Shown piece after piece: positions 7,095-14,045 of a stretch of DNA of 32,000 bases. The notes beneath the pieces were generated by a model, which ran no database searches, had not been told where the DNA came from, and saw nothing but the letters and a program-made list of their open reading frames with translations. The stretch spans positions 450,001 to 482,000 of the forward strand of contig NZ_CP066019.1 of assembly GCF_016127575.1 (NCBI RefSeq), written 5' to 3'. The position numbers were made by a program, and so were the translations under genes. The stretch is from Cupriavidus necator. Its GTDB lineage: Bacteria; Pseudomonadota; Gammaproteobacteria; Burkholderiales; Burkholderiaceae. The number at the start of each line of letters is the position of its first letter. The first letter of the stretch is position 1.

Positions 7095-7410
7095 CAACGC
7101 GTGCGATTCGCCCGGCCGGAGTAGCGGAACGATCGAGTTCGTCGACTACCTGCAGCCTCCGCTATACCGCGAAGGCGGGTCCTTCCAGCATCGAAACGGC
7201 GTAGGGCAACGGACGGCGGCCACCTTTGGCACCATCTTGCACGTCTCCACGACGTGTGGGTCCAAGCGCGCCTTTGTCACAGTCTGCCGTCAGAGTGCGT
7301 CCAGCGCGGGCCGCGGGCTGCTTTGGGTCGGATTCGGCCGGTTGCGACGTCAACGGCCCAGGCACTCTCCCAGAGACAGTAAGATCAATCACGCAGATCG
7401 GCGAAGATCC

Positions 7411-7437
7411 AAAAAAAAACCGCAGCCGAAGCTGCGG
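7411..7437 (-). terminator. rho-independent terminator (minus strand; possibly weakly bidirectional)
   Basis: Stem ccgcagc (7420-7426) / gctgcgg (7431-7437) with loop cgaa. The A9 run at 7411-7419 gives a U9 tail on the minus-strand transcript. It lies ~50 nt downstream of the 73-aa ORF stop. Confidence 0.75.
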
Positions 7438-7486
7438 TTATTCCTTCACGCCGGAGCAACACCCCCGGCCACATCAGCACCACCAC

Positions 7487-7708
7487 TCACTCCACCGGAC
7501 AAATCTCCCCCGCCGTCCGGTCAAACTTCGCCTTAATCATCGCCACCAGACACCGGATACCAAAGCAAGCATCCGAACATTCGCTTTCCACTTCCAACAG
7601 CACTAGCACCCTGTCCAATCCAGCACTGATGCAATTCAGCGATTCGCGACAATCTTCCGGATTGGCGATCAAGACGGTTTGTTGTTTCGACGCGGTTTGC
7701 TCTTCCAT
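7487..7708 (-). CDS. hypothetical small acidic protein (73 aa)
   Basis: ATG at 7708 is preceded by AGGAG with a 6-nt spacer, and a canonical terminator follows. The sequence (…NPEDCRESLNCISAGLDRVLVLLE…CLVAMIKAKFD) vaguely recalls DUF3077-type proteins; that is an unverified memory. Confidence 0.6.
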   Translation of the reverse strand: MEEQTASKQQTVLIANPEDCRESLNCISAGLDRVLVLLEVESECSDACFGIRCLVAMIKAKFDRTAGEICPVE

Positions 7709-8019
7709 TGCGAACTCCTATCAAAGTTGGAAGACCCGCCTGATGGATAAAAATGAAGGGTGGCGGGCCAGACAGCGGGGGTACCAAACCGGTCTTCACA
7801 GAGTAATCCGGCCAGCCTTTCGGCTGCCCCGCCCGGCCCGCCAAAAACTGAGGAGACGTGGACGCGCGAACTTGGCCGTATGAGACGGCCGTCTGTAAAG
7901 ATCCGGGTTGGTACGCCCGATCACCGTTGTCTCGGTGATGGCTCCAGTGTTCCCATCTCTGTCGTCTGTGGCGATCAGACGATTCGCAATCTTCCGGCGC
8001 TTCGCTGTCAGGCAGTTGC

Positions 8020-8520
8020 CTAGCGAATCCTGTCGAACCCACCAGCAGCCCAACGCTCTGCGCTGTCCCGCGTCAGCCGAAAGTCGGGCCGCACCTTCAC
8101 AGTCGCCAGCACATCGCCGAAGGAATCCTCAGCCGTGAGCGTGCCAAAGGGCTCGAATTCATCCGGCGTAATGACGAGCTTCACAATCACAGTGCCGGAT
8201 TCAGACTCGATACTGACCTGCTTGTTGAGCTGCGCATGCAATTGCTGCTCATGCCGCCGGATAACCTCTGAAGCCGTCTTGACCAGCGTCTGGTGCGCAG
8301 TGGCATCCAGCGGCTTGGGATCGACCTTGTTTCGCCCCATGGTCCAGGGACCGACCAGCGCGGGCTCGGCGCTGCCGCCGCGGATCATTTCGACTGCCCA
8401 GCCGTCGCCGTCCTCGTTCTTGATGACGCGGGCGGTCCAGCCCTTGTCGCGCCAGAGGCGGGGCTCGTGGATGGCGGTGGATTCGTGCTCGGAAAGGGCG
8501 TCGTCGGTGTGGTGCATCAA
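8020..8520 (-). CDS. hypothetical protein (166 aa)
   Basis: Composition is protein-like (…WTARVIKNEDGDGWAVEMIRGG…). TTG at 8520 and ATG at 8517 are adjacent candidate starts. I recognise no domain. Confidence 0.55.
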   Translation of the reverse strand: MMHHTDDALSEHESTAIHEPRLWRDKGWTARVIKNEDGDGWAVEMIRGGSAEPALVGPWTMGRNKVDPKPLDATAHQTLVKTASEVIRRHEQQLHAQLNKQVSIESESGTVIVKLVITPDEFEPFGTLTAEDSFGDVLATVKVRPDFRLTRDSAERWAAGGFDRIR

Positions 8521-8749
8521 TCTCGTGGTACGGGTCGGGGAACCCGCGAGGATACTATAGGGGCCGACAGGCAGCGTTCGGCCGTGCGTGTGGGCGCCTG
8601 GCAGGTTGCTGAAAGACCGGCCGGCGGCGGGGTTGCTCCCCTCTTAAATGAGTTCCTTCATCAAGCGCTCGACAGTCATCGGTCGATTGGAATTCAGGAG
8701 CAATGCTCGCATTGCGGACGCACCTTCAGGAACATGCCGGAAGGTCATG

Positions 8750-9436
8750 CTATCCCTGATCCTTCTCGGACAGCGCGCTTTCCAGTAGCTCACGTGCCTC
8801 CCTTCCATGAAGCCAAATGCAACGCTTCCATTCTTCGGTGGCTCCGTGCCTTCCTAAATATGCCTCGCGCTCTTCGGCGGTTAAGGATTCCCAGAATGAA
8901 GACCAATAGTTATCCCACCAATATTCAATGTCGCCTTGCAGGAATCCCAGCTTAAGCGGTTCGCTAATCTCTGGAAAGGCGACCCACGGAGGCGGTGGAC
9001 TTGAGTTGGCCACTACTATGCGATCCAACACGGAAGTATCGTTGGTCATCATTGATACTATTGATCCAGAAAATTCATTACTGAACGCAATGGAGATGAA
9101 AAAATCTCCAGCCTCATTGCCGCTGCGTCTTATATACAAGTGCTCATCAACTTTATCGAATCCGTTTTTAATGCCTTCGATAAGCTCATGTACCTTATTC
9201 GACTCCAGTTGAAAGTGAGCGTAAAAAGCATTTATACCCGTTCCGGGTAATAAGCTGGAAATCTCAGGGTACCTAGAAGGCCTCTTTTCAGTCGCTGATA
9301 TTGGCACCATATCTAGCGGACGAGAAAATAAACCTTTCAATTCTTCCAGCGAGCGGCCGAAGCGTGCTCGGAGGGCTCGATTCCGCTCCTCGGCGATACG
9401 CCTGTGAGTCAACATGTCGCGCAATTTCTTGAGCAC
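8750..9436 (-). CDS. hypothetical protein (228 aa), AT-rich gene with a Trp-rich C-terminal region
   Basis: GTG at 9436 is preceded by GGAG with an 8-nt spacer. The C-terminal block PPPWVAFPEISEPLKLGFLQGDIEYWWDNYWSSFWESLTAEEREAYL looks like a folded domain that I cannot name. Confidence 0.6.
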   Translation of the reverse strand: MLKKLRDMLTHRRIAEERNRALRARFGRSLEELKGLFSRPLDMVPISATEKRPSRYPEISSLLPGTGINAFYAHFQLESNKVHELIEGIKNGFDKVDEHLYIRRSGNEAGDFFISIAFSNEFSGSIVSMMTNDTSVLDRIVVANSSPPPPWVAFPEISEPLKLGFLQGDIEYWWDNYWSSFWESLTAEEREAYLGRHGATEEWKRCIWLHGREARELLESALSEKDQG

Positions 9437-9628
9437 TTATCTCACTCCATTTGATCGACCACCCAGTCCGCGCCCGAATAACCTAGGCTTCCGCCGATGA
9501 TGCCATGGCTAGCGCCGCGCCGGCAGTAGCCGGGGCGCTTGCGCTATCGATCACGGGACAGCCCATCAGGGTGCCGTTCGCGGCCAGCGTCGGATACGCA
9601 TATGGGTCTTGCGCCGTGCGACAGTCTG

Positions 9629-11992
9629 CTAGGCGCGGCTGAACATCGACTTCCTGATAATGGCATGCACGCCCCAGTTGCCATTCACCACCTGCGTGAT
9701 ACCAAAATCCACTGCAACAGAGATCAGCGCAACCGCCTCATCTTCACTCAGCCCCTTGACCGACATAAGGAAGCGGCGTGTCTTGCGGAAGGCGTCGCGC
9801 ATGGCGTCGTCCAGGGTGGACTTCAGGTAGATATGGCTCTGCGCCATCTGGCCCAGTTCAGCCAGGTGGTTGGGCGAGCTGAAGCCATGCAGGATCCATT
9901 CGTCGGCGGTTTCCACCAGCGGGTAGCTCAGGTCGGCGAAGGGAGCGTCGCGGTCGATCATGGTGCTCTTGTGCAGGACGAGCTGGAAGTCACCGGTCAG
10001 CGAGCATTCGATGGCCGTGCCGCACAGCTCGGAGTCTCCCTGCGAGGCATGGGGATCGCCAATCGACAGCAGGGCGCCCGGCACGGCTACCCTGAGGTAG
10101 ACGCTGGCGCCCCGGGTGACGCGCCAGTTGTCCAGGTTGCCGGCGAAGCTGGAGGGCGGGATGGAGTCGATCAGGCCGTCCTGCGCCGGCGCCACGGCGA
10201 TGACGCCGAAGTGGGGGCGGACCGGTATCTCGATATCGCGCAGCACGTCGTAGTTCTTGACGATGGTGTCGTGGTCGACCGGCACGCCGGGATAGTCGAT
10301 GGTCGGGTGCAGCACGCCGAACGGATCGCGCTGCGGCGTCCAGCGGAAGTTGTAGACCGCGCGCGCACGGCTGTCGGCGCGTTCGCAATCGATCTCGAAG
10401 ACGGTGACCACTTCGCGCTCGCGCGGCTCGGTCAGCATGTCGCGGTAATGAAAGCCCCACCAGGTCGCGGCGTTGCTGCCGAAGGCCCTGCCGGCAAAGC
10501 GCGGGTTGCAGCACGGGCGCGGGCGCACGTCCAGGATGCGCACCTCCAGCACATCGCCGGGCATGGCGCCGCGCACCGCGACCGGGCCGGTGCAGATATG
10601 CACGCCAAAGCCTTCGCCGGCGCCGCGGCCGTAGACCGACGCATCGATGGGGCCCGCGCCGCGCCGGTTGACGTTCTTCTGCTCCGCGGTCCAGTGAAAG
10701 ACGCTTTCGGCGCCGGCGTCGCCGTCGATCATGCGTTCCCGGTCGTCAGAGGCGTGCTGCGTCAGGGTTTCGATGGTGACGGTGTCGCCGGGCATGACCT
10801 CAAGCACGGGCGGCAGGTCGTGGCTGAGATAGCCCCAGTGCACGGTCTTGTCCGTGGCCTGCAGCCAGTGGTGCCGGCCTTCCGGGCGGGCGGCGTGCGA
10901 GCGCGCCTGGGTGATGGGGACGATGGTGGGCGCCGCTTGCAGGCGCGCAGCAGGGCCATCGTTCGCGGGCGCGCCATGGCTAGCGGGAGCCCGCTTCGCA
11001 TTGGCCGGAAGCCCGCGGGAGACATTCTGCGGTGGGCGATGCTCGGGCGTGTTCGCGGTCTGCTCACGGTAGGCGCGGGGCGAGATCCCGAACTGTTCGC
11101 GAAACGCGTGGCTGAAGTGCGAAGGGTCGTTGAAGCCCCAGCGATAGCAGATGTCGGAGACCGAGAGCTTGTCGTACTGGTGGTTCGCCAGGTCGGCCCG
11201 GCATCGCTCGAGCCGGCTGGTGCGCAGGTAGGCGGAAAAGCTGCTGCCGGATTTCTCGAAGAGCTTCTGCAGGTAGCGGGCCGACATGCGCTCGTCCGCG
11301 GCGATGGCGGCGAGGCTGAGTTCCGGCTCGGCAAGGCGTGCGTCGATGCGGCTGCAGACGCGCGCAAAAACGGCCGCGCGCGAGGGCGTCATGTCCGGCG
11401 GTGCGCTGGGCTGGCTGTCGGCCAGCGCGGCGTCAAGGCAGGCGGTGATGGTGTTGTCGAAGGGCTGGATGGCCTTGGCGTTTGCGGACACGATGGTGTC
11501 GAAGCTGGCCGCCATGGACTGGAGCAGGCGGGCAAACAGTTCAGCGGCGTCGCCGCTCAGCACCAGCGCGGAGCGAGGCAAGGGGGCCGTGATGCGTGCG
11601 CTCAGCAATGCCTGGCCGATATGCACGATCAGCATGCGGAAGCTGGTGGCCAGGGCCAGCCTGCGGGCGGCGTGTTCCGGCACGCAGACCACCTGCCCCG
11701 GCCGCAGCGGTTCACGCAGTTCCGGCGCAGCGAGGTGCGCTTCGCCTTCGGTCAGCATCAGCAGCATCAGGCCGCGGCCGTCGCCGCTGGTGATGGCCAG
11801 CGTCTGGGGGACCGATGCAATGCAGGTCAGCTCGATGCCCGCGGGGGTGGTCCGCGACTCGATCGTGCCGTGCAGGGTGTGATCGGCGCACAGGCTTTCG
11901 CAATGCAGGCGTGCGGCGCGGAGTTCGTCACGCCAGGCTGCGCCGCGCCGGTTGTGTGGATAGGCTTCGGTGGAAAAACGCAAAAGGTGCAA
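9629..11992 (-). CDS. AraC-family regulator (effector domain + HTH) fused in-frame to an acetamidase/formamidase-family domain
   Basis: One uninterrupted frame. The AraC HTH reads …RYLQKLFEKSGSSFSAYLRTSRLERCRADL…ICYRWGFNDPSHFSHAFREQFGISPRAYRE and ends ~11060. A Pro/Ala/Arg-rich linker spans 11059-10865. The amidase domain (TVHWGYL…GDVLEVRILDV…NLDNWR…SIGDPHASQGDSELCGTAIE…FGITQVV) runs to the stop at 9629. Start reassigned to TTG at 11992 (AGGGAGG + 5 nt), because the track's start at 12199 overlaps the upstream XapX gene. Confidence 0.7.
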   Translation of the reverse strand: MHLLRFSTEAYPHNRRGAAWRDELRAARLHCESLCADHTLHGTIESRTTPAGIELTCIASVPQTLAITSGDGRGLMLLMLTEGEAHLAAPELREPLRPGQVVCVPEHAARRLALATSFRMLIVHIGQALLSARITAPLPRSALVLSGDAAELFARLLQSMAASFDTIVSANAKAIQPFDNTITACLDAALADSQPSAPPDMTPSRAAVFARVCSRIDARLAEPELSLAAIAADERMSARYLQKLFEKSGSSFSAYLRTSRLERCRADLANHQYDKLSVSDICYRWGFNDPSHFSHAFREQFGISPRAYREQTANTPEHRPPQNVSRGLPANAKRAPASHGAPANDGPAARLQAAPTIVPITQARSHAARPEGRHHWLQATDKTVHWGYLSHDLPPVLEVMPGDTVTIETLTQHASDDRERMIDGDAGAESVFHWTAEQKNVNRRGAGPIDASVYGRGAGEGFGVHICTGPVAVRGAMPGDVLEVRILDVRPRPCCNPRFAGRAFGSNAATWWGFHYRDMLTEPREREVVTVFEIDCERADSRARAVYNFRWTPQRDPFGVLHPTIDYPGVPVDHDTIVKNYDVLRDIEIPVRPHFGVIAVAPAQDGLIDSIPPSSFAGNLDNWRVTRGASVYLRVAVPGALLSIGDPHASQGDSELCGTAIECSLTGDFQLVLHKSTMIDRDAPFADLSYPLVETADEWILHGFSSPNHLAELGQMAQSHIYLKSTLDDAMRDAFRKTRRFLMSVKGLSEDEAVALISVAVDFGITQVVNGNWGVHAIIRKSMFSRA

Positions 11993-12089
11993 TTGAACCT
12001 CCCTGGCATCACGCTGCAACAGCGAAAACGGGCGGACATTGCTGTCCGCCGCGCATCCAAAGCATTTCCTGCGAAGGCCGGGCCCTCCG

Positions 12090-12281
12090 CTAGCCGAACA
12101 GCAACTGCCCCCGCATCGCGGCCACCAGTACGAATCCCGCGAACGTGCCAAAGATGGCGAAGATCCCGCCGAGCACGTTCGGGGCCGGTATCGGTGCACG
12201 TACCGCAGTGTAGATAACGCCGGTCACCAAGCCAACGGCTGCGGCCTGCAGCTCGGTGCTGCCCAATGCAATTTCCACCAT
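12090..12281 (-). CDS. XapX-domain (DUF1427-like) small membrane protein, copy 2
   Basis: 63 aa: MVEIALGSTELQAAAVGLVTGVIYTAVRAPIPAPNVLGGIFAIFGTFAGFVLVAAMRGQLLFG. Two hydrophobic helices flank a P-I-P-A-P-N-V turn. GGGGA precedes the ATG at 12281; ATG at 12299 is an alternative start. It is the internal part of track ORF 12090-12620. Confidence 0.65.
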   Translation of the reverse strand: MVEIALGSTELQAAAVGLVTGVIYTAVRAPIPAPNVLGGIFAIFGTFAGFVLVAAMRGQLLFG

Positions 12282-12313
12282 GTCATTCCCCAATCTCATG
12301 AGTTGCGCGTGAT

Positions 12314-12523
12314 TCAGCGGCTTTCCGGCGGCCGCCCGAAGGCGATGGTCCTGCGCCACGCGTGCACGATCAGATAGCCGATGTAGGTGAAGAGGATGGC
12401 GCAGATCCCGCCGGTGACGTTTGGCGCGGGGATCGGCAGGTTCAGCCAGGAATACAGCGTGCCGGTGACCAGGCCGACAATCAGTGCAACCAGCTCGTTG
12501 CGTCCTATGTAGACGTATTGCAT
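12314..12523 (-). CDS. XapX-domain (DUF1427-like) small membrane protein, copy 1
   Basis: 69 aa: MQYVYIGRNELVALIVGLVTGTLYSWLNLPIPAPNVTGGICAILFTYIGYLIVHAW…. It shares the PIPAPNV core with copy 2. SD GGGAGA lies upstream of the ATG at 12523. Confidence 0.7.
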   Translation of the reverse strand: MQYVYIGRNELVALIVGLVTGTLYSWLNLPIPAPNVTGGICAILFTYIGYLIVHAWRRTIAFGRPPESR

Positions 12524-12555
12524 ATGGCGCTCTCCCTTTGTATTGAGTTGACGGC

Positions 12556-13581
12556 TCAGCCCTTGTCCTTGGGCGGGAAGATCGAGCGCGGCATGGTGCA
12601 ATGGATGCCCTGGGTGCCATCGACGACCTGCGTCACGCCGAAGTCAGCCGAGACGCTCATGAGCGAATAGGCATCGTCGCGCGAGAGTCCCTGTTGCTCG
12701 GTCAGCAGGTGGATCATGTCGCGGGCCGCGTTCTTGCCGGCTTCATCCAGGTCTTCATGGAAGCCGTGGACGACCCAGCAATCCGGCGTTTCCAGCAGCG
12801 GCGAGGGGAAGTGGAAGTCCTTGCGCAGGACCACCTGGAACAGGACGTTCAATGAGGCCTCGATGGCGGTGCCGCTGATCTCGCCGTCGCCTTGCGAGAT
12901 ATGCGGGTCGCCGATCGAGAACAGCGCGCCGTCGACCTGGACCGGGTAGTACATGGTGGCGCCCGCGCCGATGCGCCAGTTGTCGATATTGCCGCCATGC
13001 AGGCCGGGCTCGACGGTGGTGACGCGGCCGCGCGCGTCGGGCGCGACGCCAGCGGTGCCCAGGTGCGGGCGCACGGGAACCCGCACACCGGCCAGCGCCG
13101 GCTGCCTGCAGCATTCCCGCTCATCCACGAGCTTGCCGGGGATGGTCATCTTGCCGGGGTAGTCGAAGGCGTACAGGGCATGCGCGGTGTTGGAGCGCTG
13201 GTCCAGCTCATAGATGGTGACCCGCTCCTTCTCGAACTCTTTGTACAGCTGGCCCCAGTGCGCCGCGGCATTCGCCCCGAAACGGAAGCGCGGAATCATC
13301 TGCAGGTAGCGCACCTCCAGCACGTCGCCGGGCTTGGCGTCTTCGACATAGATAGGGCCGGTCATGATGTGCACGCCGGGGTTGCGGTCGTCGTGGGGAA
13401 TCGCCCGGAAGATCTCGCGAATGGCGTCGTCCATCATCAGGTCGGGGGCATCGCCGGCATGGTGGGTTACCGCTTCGGCGCGGATGAGGTCGCCGCTTTT
13501 CACGGTCAGGGCGGGCGCCTTGGCGGCATCGAAGTAGCCCCAGTGGACGGTCTCGGGGCGGGCGGGCAGGTCGTGCAGCAT
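12556..13581 (-). CDS. acetamidase/formamidase family protein
   Basis: 341 aa with ETVHWGYFD, PGDVLEVRYLQ, GGNIDNWR, SIGDPHISQGDGEISGTAIE and DFGVTQVVDG. It is a paralog of the C-terminal domain of the 9629-11992 product. Confidence 0.9.
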   Translation of the reverse strand: MLHDLPARPETVHWGYFDAAKAPALTVKSGDLIRAEAVTHHAGDAPDLMMDDAIREIFRAIPHDDRNPGVHIMTGPIYVEDAKPGDVLEVRYLQMIPRFRFGANAAAHWGQLYKEFEKERVTIYELDQRSNTAHALYAFDYPGKMTIPGKLVDERECCRQPALAGVRVPVRPHLGTAGVAPDARGRVTTVEPGLHGGNIDNWRIGAGATMYYPVQVDGALFSIGDPHISQGDGEISGTAIEASLNVLFQVVLRKDFHFPSPLLETPDCWVVHGFHEDLDEAGKNAARDMIHLLTEQQGLSRDDAYSLMSVSADFGVTQVVDGTQGIHCTMPRSIFPPKDKG

Positions 13582-13852
13582 GTTGTCTCCTATGTTTTCT
13601 TGCAGCCGTGTCCGCAGCCGTTCACCCGGTGAGCGGCTGGATTCGATGAGGTAATCAGGGACACTGGCTATGCGTGGCAGGCGGGGTATGCCTGGTACCG
13701 CGCGGCAGTCCTGCTGGCGCCGCGCGGTGAGTCAATACTAGGGACAGGGCGTTGCGGGGCAGTAGGGCGATTCACCCCAAACTCTTGTGTTGCTGCGTAC
13801 TAAGGTAAACCCGCTGCACGATGCCGGGTCGCGGCGGGCTGTTAATTCCTGG

Positions 13853-13899
13853 TTGACATCGTGTCAACGATCTATGGAATTGTCGACAACGCCTTGACA
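13853..13899. promoter_or_regulatory. cluster of TTGACA/TGTCAA palindromic half-sites (candidate operator or promoter)
   Basis: TTGACAtcgTGTCAA at 13853-13867, TTGTCGACAA at 13880-13889 and TTGACA at 13894-13899. The cluster lies ~270-320 nt upstream of the amidase operon start and ~150 nt downstream of the cqsS stop. Confidence 0.3.
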
Positions 13900-14014
13900 G
13901 TGCGGAAGCCCGGCAGAGCCAGGGGCTGATGCTGAGGATGGCAGGGGCCCTGGGCATGGATGCCGCGCAGGTTGCGGGGCTGAAGGCCGCCGGGGGTGGT
14001 GTAAGTCGCTGTGC

Positions 14015-14037
14015 GGCGCCGGCGCAATGCCGGCGCC
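14015..14037 (-). terminator. GC-rich hairpin immediately downstream of cqsS
   Basis: Perfect 9-bp stem ggcgccggc (14015-14023) / gccggcgcc (14029-14037) with a 5-nt loop, 8 nt after the cqsS stop codon. There is no clear U-tract on the minus strand. Confidence 0.4.
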
Positions 14038-14045
14038 TGCTATTG

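Noticed and set aside
6877-8053. ORFs 6877-7536 (+), 7162-7392 (-), 7226-7606 (+), 7533-8042 (-), 7796-8053 (-) and others in the island spacers
   Set aside because: Their translations are Arg/Ser/Pro-rich and not protein-like. They cross the canonical terminator at 7411-7437 or overlap the better-supported 73-aa gene. None has a convincing ribosome-binding site.
9441-9462. catttgatcg at the right island edge resembling the left-edge inverted-repeat arm cattttgatcg (1579-1589)
   Set aside because: It is only a 10-11-nt imperfect match. It is too short to distinguish from chance without a genome-wide statistical test, so I do not claim it as an att site or terminal repeat.
9481-9628. Short minus-strand frame downstream of the amidase stop (…YAYPTLAANGTLMGCPVIDSASAPATAGAALAMASSAEA-stop)
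   Set aside because: It could be the tail of a gene truncated at the right island junction. However, it is under 60 codons, I cannot match it to a family, and open frames of this length arise by chance in GC-rich DNA.
9539-12217. 892-aa plus-strand ORF, the longest in the track
   Set aside because: It is entirely antisense to the AraC/amidase reading frame. Its translation is an Ala/Gly/Arg/Val-rich low-complexity string with no recognisable domain. This is a typical shadow ORF of high-GC coding DNA.
11993-12620. Track N-terminal extension of the AraC ORF to 12199, and the 176-aa ORF 12090-12620
   Set aside because: The extension (MHRYRPRTCSAGSSPS…) overlaps the XapX-like gene and looks non-protein-like; a TTG with a strong AGGGAGG SD at 11992 fits AraC-family N-termini. 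The 176-aa ORF is a read-through frame whose only credible part is the last 63 codons (XapX copy 2).
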